NCBI GenBank assembly: GCA_030704615.1
Contig: CM060731.1
Coordinates: 23,684,001 to 23,748,000 of the forward strand
Source of the DNA: Takakia lepidozioides
Lineage: Eukaryota; Plantae; Bryophyta
Direction: 5' to 3'
DNA length: 64,000 nt
Part shown: positions 1 to 13,572 of the stretch, one piece after another
Layout of the letters: every line of letters begins with the position of its first letter
Position numbering within the stretch: position 1 is the stretch's first letter
Translations under genes and position numbers: made by a program
The notes under the pieces: generated by a model
What the model saw: the letters and a program-made list of their open reading frames with translations, nothing else
Database searches by the model: none
Told to the model about the DNA's origin: nothing

Positions 1-217
1 ATGGCCAATTGTTTCTAGAGATAGATCCGAATAGTGATGGAGACGATGCGTAGCTTCGAAAACCGAATGGAATGATAACCAAGGTAGAGCAAACTTTATG
101 AAAACTGGGGAGAGAGAGGGTGTGGGTTTACGTCTCAATGTGGGTCGAGCAATGGGCCCTTCTACCTAAGCTAGTTGATGCCGATGTGGTTGTTGCTAAT
201 TTGGGGGGAGGATACAG

Positions 218-3200
218 CTACATATTCAACTTGGTGGTCGGCACCGGGATCCTGGCGCTGCCATCTGTTCTTATGGGGGGAGGATGGGTGCGTATCATTC
301 AGCGCTCTTATCACGTGCAGAAAATAACAGCTCATCCCTATTTTGTTTGAGAGGCTCCAATCAAAATGTTAGACAAGACCACCAGAGAGTGAAAGGTGAA
401 GAAAGAGGAGGGAATGTCTCAAAAATACCTAGCCCCTAGATACTTGAGATGTGAAGAACTTTCTTCTGTCCACAGGAGGCCCAGAGAGAGAAAATGAGAG
501 GGAGAGCCCTCACACTCTGATGAGGACTGCCACAGAAATGATAGCAATGGATATGTACCAGCAAAACATAATTTGGCTGAGATTTGGTAATCCAAGGGCT
601 GTCATAAGACAATCTCCTGCATTGAGCTGGGTCATATGTCATTCCGACCAATCCGTCCTCTGAGTGTTCTGCTGCATAAAAGTCCTTGTTAGTGCATGAA
701 TTACACTATGCTTCAAACATGAATTGAAAAAAGAGTTTTGAACTGGACCATGCATGTTGTTTATGAATGCAGATCTTGGGTGGCATCTTCCTGTTGCTAG
801 TCTCTTTTCTCAGGTATGTCGGAATGATGTCATTAATGTTGTTCCTTTGTCTATGATCTACCACATGCTTGACTCCTCATTTACAAGGATATACACCATC
901 CAGCATTTGTTATCAACCAAATATAAATTAGAGATTAACAGGAAGGTCGTGGACGAACCAGATTGGATGGCATAGTGCGCATGGCAGTGGGCTCAAATTC
1001 TGGAGAGCAAACAATATTAGGTGTAACCAATTCTTAGATGTTTCTCTAGCTCTTTTATTAATGTTAGGGGTATTTCCCTTTGATCGATGAAGTTAAACAG
1101 ATGTGCCTGCATGGCTACTCTTACTCTTACTATCGTGTTTGCATCTGAGTTGATGATCTGCTACGTGACACACCATTAACTGGTGATTTATTTATAGTGT
1201 GGGGACATGACTAGTATGGTATAAATGATAGGTCATTCTAAGCTCAGCTGACTTTGATGACAACAACTGCTGGATATCATTAGATCAGTTGTGTGATTTG
1301 GCAATTCGCAAGTTTTGCAACCAATGATTGCCATCTCTTTCTGGTTAATGAATTGCTGCAGCTATGTGACGGTGACATTCATGCTGGAATCCATGGCCAC
1401 AGCCAATGCCCTACTTCGTCTTCTGAGCAAGGTATCTTACTGAGTGAGCACTTTCCTTGTCATGTAGGCTTTTCTGTTTATAAAAGTTGCTCAGAATAGA
1501 GTGTATATTGAGGGCATAAGATAAATGAGAAGACAGTGGTAAGAATGTACTCATAAGAGGTTGTTTGACAGAGCCTTGTGGTAGGCAGTTGTAAGAATGT
1601 GATAGAATGGTATTGCTTTGCAGTTGCTGTCTGGACATCATTCTTACCTCATTTCTGAAGCGTAATTTTTCTGTTTATTTGTTACATGAGCTCAATGTAT
1701 GCTACAATTTTTTATCGTACTATTGGTGCACTCTTTGATGGGGCCAGACTGGGATCGAAGAAGACATAGCTCTGATTGAAGCCTCCGAAATCTTTACAGA
1801 AAGTAGTGTTGTCAATAATGATACACGCCTCCTGCCTTCCCAAAGTGAAAGGGAGTTGTTCCAGATTTCAAAGCGAACAGAGCTGGGTGAAATGGCGGTG
1901 TGTTTTTACTGCTTCATTACTCCACCACAATATTCTGTCAAGTGAATAGAGTTCTTTCTTCGTTGCCCAGGGTCTGGCAGGTTCACTCAGTGAATATAGC
2001 CATGGCCATACTAGACATTGCTGGTCAGTGTCTGCAACTTCGTCATCTGTAAATCTTGACCTTTTATAGGCTTGGCCTAGCTGTTACTAAGAGAGATTTG
2101 CTGGCTGCAGGGCTTGTTCTTCAACCAATGGGGCATTATATGCTTTTACTGTGCGTTAATTGTAATGTCCAAATCTACCCAACCTCCTGCAGTGTTTTCC
2201 TAAGCCAGCCGCGATTGCTATTCTGTAGATATGTGAGTGCAAGTGGAGTAGGTGCATAGATATCACAAAGCCTCTCGGTAGATTTGATAATCTGAAACTA
2301 GGTAAAGCTCAAATCCACACAGGTTATTAATGCAGTGATTTCCTTCTCATTCATTAATGTCAAATATGACGCCGAGTGATAGGGCTATGATGGTGTGGAG
2401 GGTGCAGTTATATTTGTTTGGGGATTCTGTCATTTACAGCACTGTCGTAGCACGCTCGTTGGTGGAATTTTTCTCTGGTTCCATGAGTGCAGCACCATGG
2501 GCATTTGACCTTTGTTTGGTCATATTTCTTGTCTTCAGTTTACCTTTCTGGTACCACATCCTTTGGAATTGTGTCCTATTTTGTTCTATTTCCTGTACTT
2601 ATTTTGATATTGGTTGTATGCTGAATGTAATTTAACTGTACTATATCCATTACAGTATCGAAGTTTGCTTAGTAACTTTCCTCAGCAACTTAGGGGTCAC
2701 CGGTTCACAATGTTCAGTGGAGAAGCAGTATCAGAAGCAATGGTTTGTATTACGGGTCTGGTGATATTGCGAAAGATCAAACGTTTTGCTCTCTGATTTC
2801 TTTTGTGCGCAGCTTTTTCGATTTTCAGAAGACCAAGTCTCTGCAAATTACAACTATGGTAAGTCTGAATCAGCTAAGGAGCATTTCATAGCATCCTTAA
2901 TTACCATATAACTGCCTGCTATAGCCCCAGCTACTCTAGATCCGTCAATCACGCATCATAATTTATTGGGCACTGAGTGTTGGGAACGTTATGTTTTGGG
3001 GAGGCTTGGTGTGCTTATAGGCCAATCCAAGTATGGCAAGGCAGCAGTAACCGTTGTTGGATTCTGGCTTTGATTGTCGTAGTGAGCCCCAGAGGCTGAA
3101 AGAGGGACTACGGTTACATCCGTAGTGACTGCAGAAACCATGTTTGTCATATGGACAATCTAATGTTAGAGGAAAATTTGTAAGTTGTCCTGTTAAATTA

Positions 3201-6200
3201 GTATAAAAAAGATGAACAAAAGTCTGGGCCATGTACACAGTCATGTCTGTCTCATATTTCCAAGGGAGGGGTTCATAGTGTAGTGAGTTCCTGTTGGTTG
3301 CTGTGAGGGCAAAGCCCACACATTTATATCTCAGTCAAGTGCAGTGTGGAATTTATCATGTTGTTGGCGTGCATGGACTCAGGCTATTCGGAATGTTGCC
3401 CTTTACACGTGAGTAACTGCACCTTACCACTTAATAAGGTTTGCATTTGAGAACTTATTTTCTTCCACCAAAATTGCAACTGGAAAAGGAATACCCCTGG
3501 ATTTATGCTTGTGGGGGGTGGGTTGTAGGATGATCATACTGGCAATCCTGAGAGTTGCAAAGAGAGGCCATCTTGCAGAGGAAGTTCCAAGCTTCAATAT
3601 CTCGTAAGCACGTCTGTACCGCAATCTGCTTCATTTGTAGAAGGATGGGTAGAAGCACAGATGCATTAGGGAAACTGCCAATCAGCTGTCAAGCAGCCCA
3701 CTTAGTTCTTTCTAATTTCACAACTGAAACACTAGATTTGTCGCAAGGCTCCAGAGTTAAATGTGTCTGCAGGTTCTTGGCCTGTCTGAGAAGTGCTTGT
3801 GATATGAACTTCTGATTCTCATAGAACTTCACTGTTTCGGCAGAGCACTTCCAAATCTGTTTGGAGGAGCTGTCTACTCTTTCATGTGCCATCACAGGTG
3901 TGTATTTAATAACATCAGTTTAAGGTTTTGATTGGGGGTTTTCCAGGTGTATTGCGTTAGTGTCAAGTAGACATTTCAATGATAGTTCATTTCATCTGAA
4001 TTGCAGTTGCACCAGATCCGTTATCCTTCCGATGTCCTTTTTGTGCGTAGTGAGGTTACTCTCAAAGAATTAACCATGAAGTTGTACACTTTTTGTTAGG
4101 AACACAACTGACGTGACAAGATGGCTTCTGTGTGTGTAGGCAGTTATATGCCTTGGTTAAAGGATTCTAGCCTCTGAAGTTCTATTTCTGAAGATAGGGC
4201 ACGTCCTTTTCTGTACGGCTTATGCTGGGTTGAAAGAAGGCAGCTCTACTAGATTGACTTATCCAAGACAACATGAATATCCAAGACTAGACTAGATGCT
4301 TTCCTGGGTCAGAACATCAATGGTGGCATTTGGGACTTGATGGATGCAGCCTACCAGGCATCATTACACCCATGCAAGACAAATCACATGCATTGCGGAT
4401 TGCAGCCATGTCATTCGTGAGCGTGATTGTGATTTACATGCTTCTCTTCATCTCATGCGGGCTTGCTTTTGGTACATGGCTGCAACCATTATTCCAAGGG
4501 AGAAAAGGGATGCAAGAACATGTGTATAGAGAGCACAGTCTGTATGCAACTAACAAGGGAAAAGCATCAGTAATGTTCTTTTCAACTCATGTACAGAGTA
4601 AAGGCGATGAATTGAACAGGCCTGAGGTGGTCCCTGTTAGAGGTGCAAGCAATATTTTTGTTATAATGTAGCTGATTTTTTCCTTAAAGCTGGAAGGAGG
4701 TGGATCTTTGTAGAGCACAATTGTTGCGCATGGTTTGACTGTAAGCTTCACAAGCATAGTGTTGGCAAGGGTTCTTTCAGTTATTACTCATTGACATTGT
4801 TAGGGGATGTATTTTGTAGGCACTGGCATCATGGATCCAATCACATTCAACTTCCCTCCCGAAAGTATCCATTCAAGAGTTATGAGGGTATGAGGGTGTA
4901 AGCTCAGGTTTATCACAATGTCTCTCAGAAGTTCACTAATACATAACATTAATCTAGTATACTTCACTGCTGGGATGATGTCTCCTGCTTCTGAGGATAA
5001 TCTTAACAGGAGCTAGAGTATGGTGTTGTTGGTGATGCCCTCGTCCTTTTTCCAGGTATGCTCTGCATTTAAGAGATGCCAAACCCCTTGTTAGCCTTCT
5101 CGGTCTTTGTATCTTTCTGAACATTGCACGGTGGTTAGTTTTGTCAGCCCTTCACCTAATTATGTGTACATGTATTTGCAAATGCTCCTTTTTCCCCTCT
5201 CTATCTGCCCCTAAACTTTCTGTTTTTTTAATCCCCAGAATCGGGAAAAGTGTCTAGATTTTTTGTCACCCATAAATAGCCTGTCTAAAAAAGACCTAAC
5301 TAAGTAGTTCTACCAGAATTTTCTAATGTGTCCTCAGGCCTCCAGTGCGCATAGTAGATTGCTGTCTTCTTCTCTCTTCTGTTTTATCCATGCTTGTCAT
5401 TACAGTAAGATCTTGAAAGCAAGGGAAAAGAAGGCCCACTTTAAGGTTTGCTGCTTGCAATCAACTCACAGTTCTGTAAGATATTACGAATTCTTGCAAC
5501 AGAGTATTAGTAGTGTGCACCCCATGGTTGTAGTTCATGAAGGGAGGGTGGGGTCCACAGGCCAAATAGTGCTGCATCTGTATGTCAATTGTCAAGGAGC
5601 TTTCTGATTATGTTCTGTAGGATTGAAAGAGCAATAGACAGTTTTGATGAGAAGGTTGGGAACTTGGTGGTGTCTGGGTGGCCAGTATTCACATTATCGT
5701 CCAATTTCCCAATGCTATCGATCACCTTGCGCAACAATCTTGAGATTCTGTATCAACTTCTCTCTCAAAAAGGTTTTTTCTCACATGGAGTAAATGGAGG
5801 TTATAATTTGTCCTTTCCATAGGTGTGGCTACGAATAGAAGGTTTATGTGTTAGCTCTATGGTTGATGAATGTTGCTTGAATGCTGCATGTGTGCCTAAG
5901 TGGGTGTGTTGTGGACGGGAAAGAATCAAGGTTTTCTATGTTAGTGCTATGCCTTTTGACGGTCGCTTGAATGCTGTGTAATATTAGGAAAGGAATTATG
6001 GGATTCTGTGTGATAATGTTGCAGCAAGGCATGGGTCAATGGAGTTGCAGCCAACAGTAGTGACTGCACACCAAGCAAAGCATGCAGAGAGCGGCTGGCA
6101 AATATTCCTGACATTAGTGGCTGTTGTACCTCCCACATTATTCAGCTTCATTGCTGAGGTTTGTGCCGTTCGTGATGAGGGGTTGAGTTGACACCAGAGT

Positions 6201-7190
6201 GGTCGTGCTTGTTAAGTTAGTGTGAATAATATCACATGCCACTAAGCCGTTACAGTCTCCATGGTCAGCTGAAATCAACTTATGTCTGTGCGGTAATTCA
6301 AGAGTCCATACATGACTCAAAATGTGAAAAATGCAGTGAGGAAAAATTCTGATGGTAGCATGTGATAAAACTGTAACAGTAGTTTAGAATAGCTTGAGAT
6401 CCAATAAGATCCTCAGAGAAATAAGATCCTCAGAGAGAAGCAGGTGTAACACATTGGAAACAATTTGGCAGCATGCAGATATATCAGTGGATGCGCTTGT
6501 TGGGCTGACAGGGGCCTTCGCAGGGTGTGCTGTCATGTTCATCATCCCCGCATCCCTTGTCTACTGCTCCAGAAAGTATGGCCCTTGCTCCGTCCCTGGT
6601 TTGTGGGCATGTCATGCTTAGAAGCCCCACCACCCCCACATCTTCACTTCATGCATTACACAAGAGCTTTCCAGAAGCAGGAAAGTGTGATTTTTTTTGG
6701 CAAATGCAACTCATGCAAAGCCGATTACCCGGCTACCTCTGAAAACGGCCTCTTCCACTGATGTGGATTACACACCATGATCTTAGATCGACTCTTGAAG
6801 TTTTGTCAGACAATTCTTTCTGGGTTCCTTCTCTTCTTGGCATTTCTTCTGTGTGACTGTCCTTGATGTTGTGTCTGTTTTCATCTCTGAAAGCTATCTC
6901 ATTTTTATCTTTGGTAACCACTCAATTTGTCCCCAGAGTTACCGAGCTCTCACATCATATATTTTGTAAAGTAATTGTAAGTGATGTGTTGGCACATGTT
7001 TGATCTATGCAGAGTATTTGAGAAGGCCTACACACTAGTGAGGGGTGCCCATCAGACCAAGGCCACCTTGCCCAAGAATTACCACGCTTCTCCTTTCCGG
7101 GGACAAGGTTGGGTATTTTTAATATTGGCTTGGGCTGGCATAGCTATTCTTTTCAATGCCTTCGAAATGTTGTCGAAGTTTTCTTCGTAG
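218..7190 (+). CDS. TMEM104: Multi-exon TMEM104-like (Aa_trans/SLC38-related) membrane transporter; first exon/start codon not resolved
   Basis: GT-AG bounded exons in order: YIFNLVVGTGILALP (218), YVTVTFMLESMATANALL (~1362), KRTELGEMA (~1870), LYLFGDSVIYS (2409), FFDFQKTKSLQ (~2813), SLPGIITPM (~4348), WPVFTLSSNFPMLSITLRNNL (~5679), LVGLTGAFAGCAVMFIIPASLV (~6496), NYHASPF..WVFLILAW to stop 7190. These match recalled TMEM104 family motifs. Confidence 0.85.
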
Positions 7191-9329
7191 GATTTGTATA
7201 CTAGTGTTGAAGTAGCAAACCAGGGTCATTTCATGCTCGATGGACTGGGGCGGTTGAGGTTTACCCTTGGAATCTTGGACCTCTCATAAATTGGCACAGC
7301 AACCCTGGAGAAACAAAGCCCTTCAACCCCCCAGTAATAAAGTACAGGTCCACTAGGCGTTCTGGTAGTGATTTCTGGTCACCATGTAGTTCAGGTCTTT
7401 ATTGGGGGAGGGTTCTTTCAATTTTCCACAGGCCTTTCTGCTCACATGAAGTGCAAGTAATTTAATTCTACTTCGACTAATTCTTAGTCTAGGTCAGATT
7501 TGCACGGCTGCTCTTGCGAGACTGAGAGTTTGTCATTAATTACCCTGGTTAACCATCTGTAGACTGGAGGAACTGTACTCTTACGCAACTCATTTATTTA
7601 TGACCACAATTATCCAACTGCCCAAAACCCCCTCCCTACATAACCCACCGCAGGCGCTATTACGCTCCCACCCCGAACCTCCCCCACCGCATTAACCTAA
7701 ATACAATTAACCCACCCATACATATGCCAACAACTAGCTCCACCCATATCCATTACGATACTGCAAAAATCACCCCCCATATATTCTCATATATTGCTCA
7801 CCCCCCAAATCTCTCTATCCCTTGACCACTCAAAAGACACCTCCTAACCCACTGTCCACACGGCAGATACCACTGTCGACCCCCTGCATCCAAACACTCC
7901 TACCATTACCCACCGTCCTGCCACAAGACCTACCAACCAGCATGCGCACAGATTATGCTCCTACGCTGCGGGGACATCCACCCCAACCGGGAACCCCTAC
8001 CATCACCAGCATCATTAACAACCTACCAAAAGACCACAAAGAACGATATGAACTATATTTCCAAAAGACACAGACTCTCTAGCTTCTGCATACCAACACC
8101 TAAGCGATCATTTCTCCCTTTTCTCCACAGCTCTTCCACCAATATACGCCTACCCACACAGCGGATAGCCACTTTCGGACTCCCTGCCTGCCAAAACTTA
8201 ACGCTAGTCACTGTCACTTATAAACTTCACCCATACCCAACACATTCTCTTTTCACTAATTATCACCATCTCCCCAATCCCATCAATATGTAACGACTAC
8301 CTGGCAAGCCATGACACACAAACACGCTCACTTCTACCAAAATTACGCAACCTACCAACACACCCCCACATCTCCTACATAACCTTCACGAATCTCTACA
8401 TTTACTACAGACCAAACCCGGCGAAGTCCACCAAATATTAAGTGAGCATTTAGCCGACACATCTACAAACATATAAGAACTTGACACTATCACCAACAAA
8501 TTTCCATTCCTATCACAAAACATCCTCATTGCAACCTTCCAAGCCAAAGCAAGCATTCCCGGATATCAACCTAGGCCCGAGACAACACCAACGACCCCCC
8601 ACCAGCATCACACACACATAGTCCCACCCGAACTCCGCCGCCAGCCTCTCCCCAACTCCCCAGCACTGAGCCACCCACTGTCCCCTCCCAACGTGCACAC
8701 TCACTCAACATCACAACTTGGAATGTAGGTGCATTTGCCACCAGCATTCAAAGTCTAATACATCTCACAGACTCTATCTCACCACATATCATTCTTTTAC
8801 AAGAAACCAAACTCAATACACAAAGACCCAATGGCTTTATATAAGCAAGCTTATCTCAGCATACTACATGTTGTATTGCAACGTCGCACGCGTATACGGA
8901 AGAGCAATGCCTTACCAGACATTCCGTTCCATATCATCCCACTCGTGGTGGAGTTGCTTTCGGTATCTCCGTACACATCACTCTCCTAGTACCACAATCA
9001 AAGTCCCGGTCGCTCCCCATCTTCGATCAAATCTTCAAATCATTAAACTGCTACTCCCCACGCTCCCCCCCATTACACTCATACACTTATACATGCCATC
9101 ACACGTGGATGACCTCCCCCTAATCCCAGAAATCTTACTCACCATCTCCAACACACCCACCCAAAATTTAACTCACCCAGGCGATTTTAACAGGGACACC
9201 GCCCTCATGGGTCATACATACAATGGTACGCATAAACCCCCCTCACCATCAGACCATGAATGGGCAAAATTTACCCAGTCACACCACCTCCGGTACATAT
9301 CCACAGATCACCACTACTCTAGACAAGGC

Positions 9330-9381
9330 AACGCTCCCTTCGGGAGGCGTAATTTATTTTTTATTTTTTATTTTATTTTTT
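9330..9381 (+). mobile_element. 52-bp retroposed insertion (hairpin + T-rich tail) inside the APE domain
   Basis: Flanked by a 12-bp duplication tctagacaaggc (9318-9329) / tctagataaggc (9382-9393). Contains ctcc-cttcgg-gag followed by a (TTTTTA)n-like tail. Confidence 0.75.
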
Positions 9382-9660
9382 TCTAGATAAGGCGAGCTCA
9401 ACTACCCATCCTTAAGTCTCCTAGACGGTTACTACCTCAAAACGCATAATGAGATCCCTACCTTCCTCAATAGTCATGTTCATATCAACAGCTTATGCAA
9501 CTCAGACCACTACCCTGTCTTGGTAACTTTCCCTTTCTTGGTAACTTTCCCTTCATCCATTATTCCCTTCCGGCCTATCCCGACCGTACATGCCCACCCA
9601 CCTCAAGCTATAATCCTATCCCCACTCCCCCAACGCAATATAGCCGCCTTCCTAAAACAT

Positions 9661-10276
9661 CTTTTGGGTTAGTTAGCAGGTGCCCAAGTCGATGTTTGAT
9701 GCAGTCGATAGGTGGGTTGAGGGCAGGATTGAAGATAGCTTTGTGGGCTTTTTTGGGGTGGTCATGTAGGAGCTGGTTAAAGGAGAAGACAAATTTTTTG
9801 TGGTTGTCGGTAGCTTTTTGTTTAGTGATGTTATACGCGGCTTTCTTGGCCTCTCTCCCAGCCTTAGAAAGTGCTATCCAGTTAGGAATTTCATGGGGGT
9901 TGTTAGGTGGAGGAGTAAGTGATTAGCATGTTGTAAGGGAGTTTAAGCAAGATGCGGGGATCCATTTACCAGTTGTTTCCTGGATGTATAGTGGTGGCAG
10001 TGGGTATGATAGTGAGGGCACGTTTGATCATATGGTAGGTGTTGAGGTGCGATGTCCATGCACGTTTTTGTGTGCGAGTGAGGTAGCCTCCATTTTGTTT
10101 GGAACGTGGGGTTTGTGGGATCTCAGGAGGTGCAGAGCACGTGGCAGTAACACATCTTGTCATTTCTTGCATCAAATTTGTGAGTATGGCCTCAGATTCT
10201 AGCCAAGTATTTTTCGGGGTGTGTACTAAATTGGTGTCTGTGAGTATTTCTGAAAGTTTCAGTGTAAGGTGTGAGG
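9661..10276 (-). other. Internal inversion of a LINE segment
   Basis: Strand composition flips from A/C-rich to G/T-rich. Re-inverting gives ...HLLTNPK|DIGCIN, continuous into the downstream RT N-terminal region. Confidence 0.7.
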
Positions 10277-13200
10277 ACATCGGGTGTATCAACCTAGAAA
10301 TATGGACACAAGCATCCTCCACCTACATACCCACAGTTATCAACTGCCTATACCCCAATCTCCACACTGCTCATTGCATGTGTAAAGCTAAACAGTATCC
10401 ATGGCATGACATAGATGGCTTCTCAATAGACAATAGAGGCTCCCCTATAGATTGTATCCTCGACCTTTTTACACACGACCTGTATGAATCATGTCTTAAA
10501 ACATTATCCAAATCTAAAGCCCCAGGCCCCGACCTGATACCCAACGCTATACTTCAAGCACTCGGCCCTCAACTCCATCACCTCCTTTTTAAATTTTTCT
10601 AGCTATGTTATAAACTACAACGCATACCACACACCTGGAAGCACAGTCGTACTATTCTACTCTTTAAAAAATGTGACCCAATGGATCTTAGCAACTACAG
10701 ACCCATAGCTCTAGCCAATACCAGATACAAATTATTTACCAGCACGCTAACCACAAATGTTGTCCAGCTATGGCGAACAACACCGCATCCTAAGTGACCC
10801 TCAAGAAGGCTTCTGAGCTACTCGTAGTACAACCTGACAAATACAATATGTACTATCCGCCCTTGAAGACACTAAACTTACAAAGCAAGATATATATCTT
10901 CTATATATCGATTTTAAAAACGCCTTTGGATCTCTAGACCACGCAAGACTACTCTCTATTATGACTGACCTTGGATACCCCATTGATGCCGTCCAACTCA
11001 TAGGAAACATCTACACTAATAGTACAACGGAGTACTCTGGAGCATATTATGGATCCACTCCACCTATTCCAATATTACGAGGCACTATCCAAGGAGACAC
11101 CTTAAGCCCCTATCTCTTTATTATCTTCTTGGAACCTCTACTCAGATGGCTAGCTCGTGGCAAGCTAGGCTATCAATACAAAACCTGCTCAAGCGACATC
11201 TCCGCCGTAGCATACGCAGATGACCTTGCTATTCTCGCACATAAACCGCAACATCTAAACCGACAAGTCACCAAATTATTCAGATTCAACCAATGGTCAA
11301 GCATGGAGCTAAGCCTACACAAATGTACTATCACAGCTGCCACACTTATAGCCAACTCACTAAAACCTCCATCGCTTCTCATTGTAAACTATATGTCCAT
11401 TACCAAAACAAACCCTTCCCCTTCCTAGGGCCGGATGAGCCATACACTTACCTAGGTATTCAATTATTACCTTCCCTCATTTGGCACATCGAGAAAGAAT
11501 CTACAACATCCAAACTCGTTAACAAAAGCTTGGCCCTACTCAAATCCCCAATTGTCATTCGTCCCAAATTATCAATTATTCAATCAGTTCTATAAACCCA
11601 AATTCAATACGCATTCCACGCTGCACCCTTCTCCTTACCAGATATCAAAAAACTTGATAAAAACATCATTCACCTTACCAAACGAGTATGCGGTTTACCA
11701 GTCAGTACCCCTAATGCCCTAACGCAACTCCCAACCGAAAGCTATGGAAATGGCTCCAGCCCATTAATTATTTCATATGTCGTGCACATACATATCGCTA
11801 CACAACTACATTGCTGTCCAAAACCACACAGCCTGCACAGTTGCAGTGTGGGCATTGTGGCAAGCACGGGCATGGAGAGGCCCAGTGTTATGGTTTGCAT
11901 CCTGAGTTGCGCCCAGGCCAGTTCCAAGGGAACAATGGTGGCCGGGGGCGAGGTGGAGCAGCCCAGAGAGGACGAGGTGGCCAGCCACGAGGTGCAGGCC
12001 AAGGGCAAGCTCAACATGGCCAAGGACGCGGAGGTCAAGGTGTTGACCAAGGCATGGCCAACCGGCTTCAGCAGCTAGTGCAGAGGCTTGCTACCATGGC
12101 TACAGCTCAGGTGGTACCGGCTCTAAGGCCGGATGGTCCACCTCCTGCTCCTGAGGGAGGAGATATGGGAGGCATGGAATTCATGTGTGGAGCAGCACTA
12201 CCACTAGTGCAGGTGGAGTCTGTTGCAGCCGTGACTCGAGGAGCAGCACGAGTTCCTGAGCCACGAGGTGCAGAGGTGGAGTTGGATCCACAGCGTGGGG
12301 AGGCAAGCTGTCAGGCTAGGCTTCCTCAGTCATTCACATTGGCGGAGAAAGTGTCGACGCCATCCATGGCACCTAGTTCTCGCCCGACGGTTGCCGAGGC
12401 GGAGGTTACTATGCCATTGGGGAGAGCTACACGGGTAGCACCACTACCTAGTGTTGCCAAGGCTGCGGCAGCTAGTGTGCTGCTAGGAGCGGCCACATTT
12501 GTGTGCCAGGCTCCATTGTTCTCGGCTACCATGATTGCGACGCTGGGGGTAAAAGCAGCTGAGGTGTTCAGGCTGGCAGCTACACTCTGTGAGAGTGGGG
12601 AGGTTACTTCATCTTCTGTGGAGATAGTGGGAGGTGTAGTGCCGGAGGGATCCTCGGATTTGAGGGTCAAGACTGCCACGGCGGCGCCATGGCAAGCTGC
12701 AGCTGCTAGGTTGATGGAGCTGCTAGCTAGGCCAGCCATTGAGCGCGCCATGGTGACACCTGGAGTTGTCATGTTAGACAACCAGGATGGCATTTTCTGT
12801 TTGAGTGGACCGGCAGGCAAGAGGTACCGGCCACTGCGGGTCTTGTTGGACTCGGGAACTCAGCCATTGATGCTGGGCAGAGCTGCTATTGCAGGCTTGG
12901 GCCTCACGGAGGCGGATATGGAGTCTTGTCCTTTCCAGATACAGACGTCTCTGGGAGGATCGGAGCAGGCTCGGGGCATGACATGGCATGACATGGCATG
13001 AGTTGGCTATCAGACTACGGCCGGATCACCCTACAGATGGCTCAATGATGCGAGCCAAGGCCATTGTGACAGATGAAGTCTCATACGATGTCCTGGTTGG
13101 TGGGGCAGTGTTGTACCCCATGGGCTTCACCTTGGATTTTTGGGAGGAGTCAGCTTCCTATAGGCCTGCATGGCAGTCAGGGGAGGGCCGGCGTGTGCAG

Positions 13201-13572
13201 CTCCCTGTGACATTCATAGGAGGAGTTGCGGTTGCCCAGTGAGGCAAGATGCCGACACTAGCAGCATTCACAGCGGCAGTGAGTTGGCCTAGAGAGTTGC
13301 TTGAGGGCAATGCTCATTCAGAGGATGTACCACCTCCGAGAGAGCAGGATGACATGTATGGTATGGCGGAGTTGCCTACCATGGTTGCTCAGACTCCATT
13401 GTGGGGCACGAGCAAGGATTTGCAGCGGGATGCTGATCGACGGGTGCAACAAGCTTGGGTGGAGGCTTTTGTACCGTCAGGAGAGGAGGAGAGTGTGGGG
13501 ATTGCACCAAGACCACCTCAATTGTCTCCATTGGACACCACACCTATTGTGTGGCAGTATCCGGATGAAGGC

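Larger units (their letters stand above)
7570..11777 (+). mobile_element. Non-LTR retrotransposon, 5' part (APE endonuclease + reverse transcriptase), pseudogenised; Dualen/RandI-like
   Basis: APE motifs ITTWNV (~8710), ILLQETK (~8790), GGVA, LYMPS, GDFN (~9180), SDHYP (~9502). RT motifs KAPGPD (10516), NYRPIAL, YIDFKNAF, GTIQGDTLSP, YADD (~11212). A/C-rich sense strand; many stops and frameshifts. 5' boundary approximate. Confidence 0.9.
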
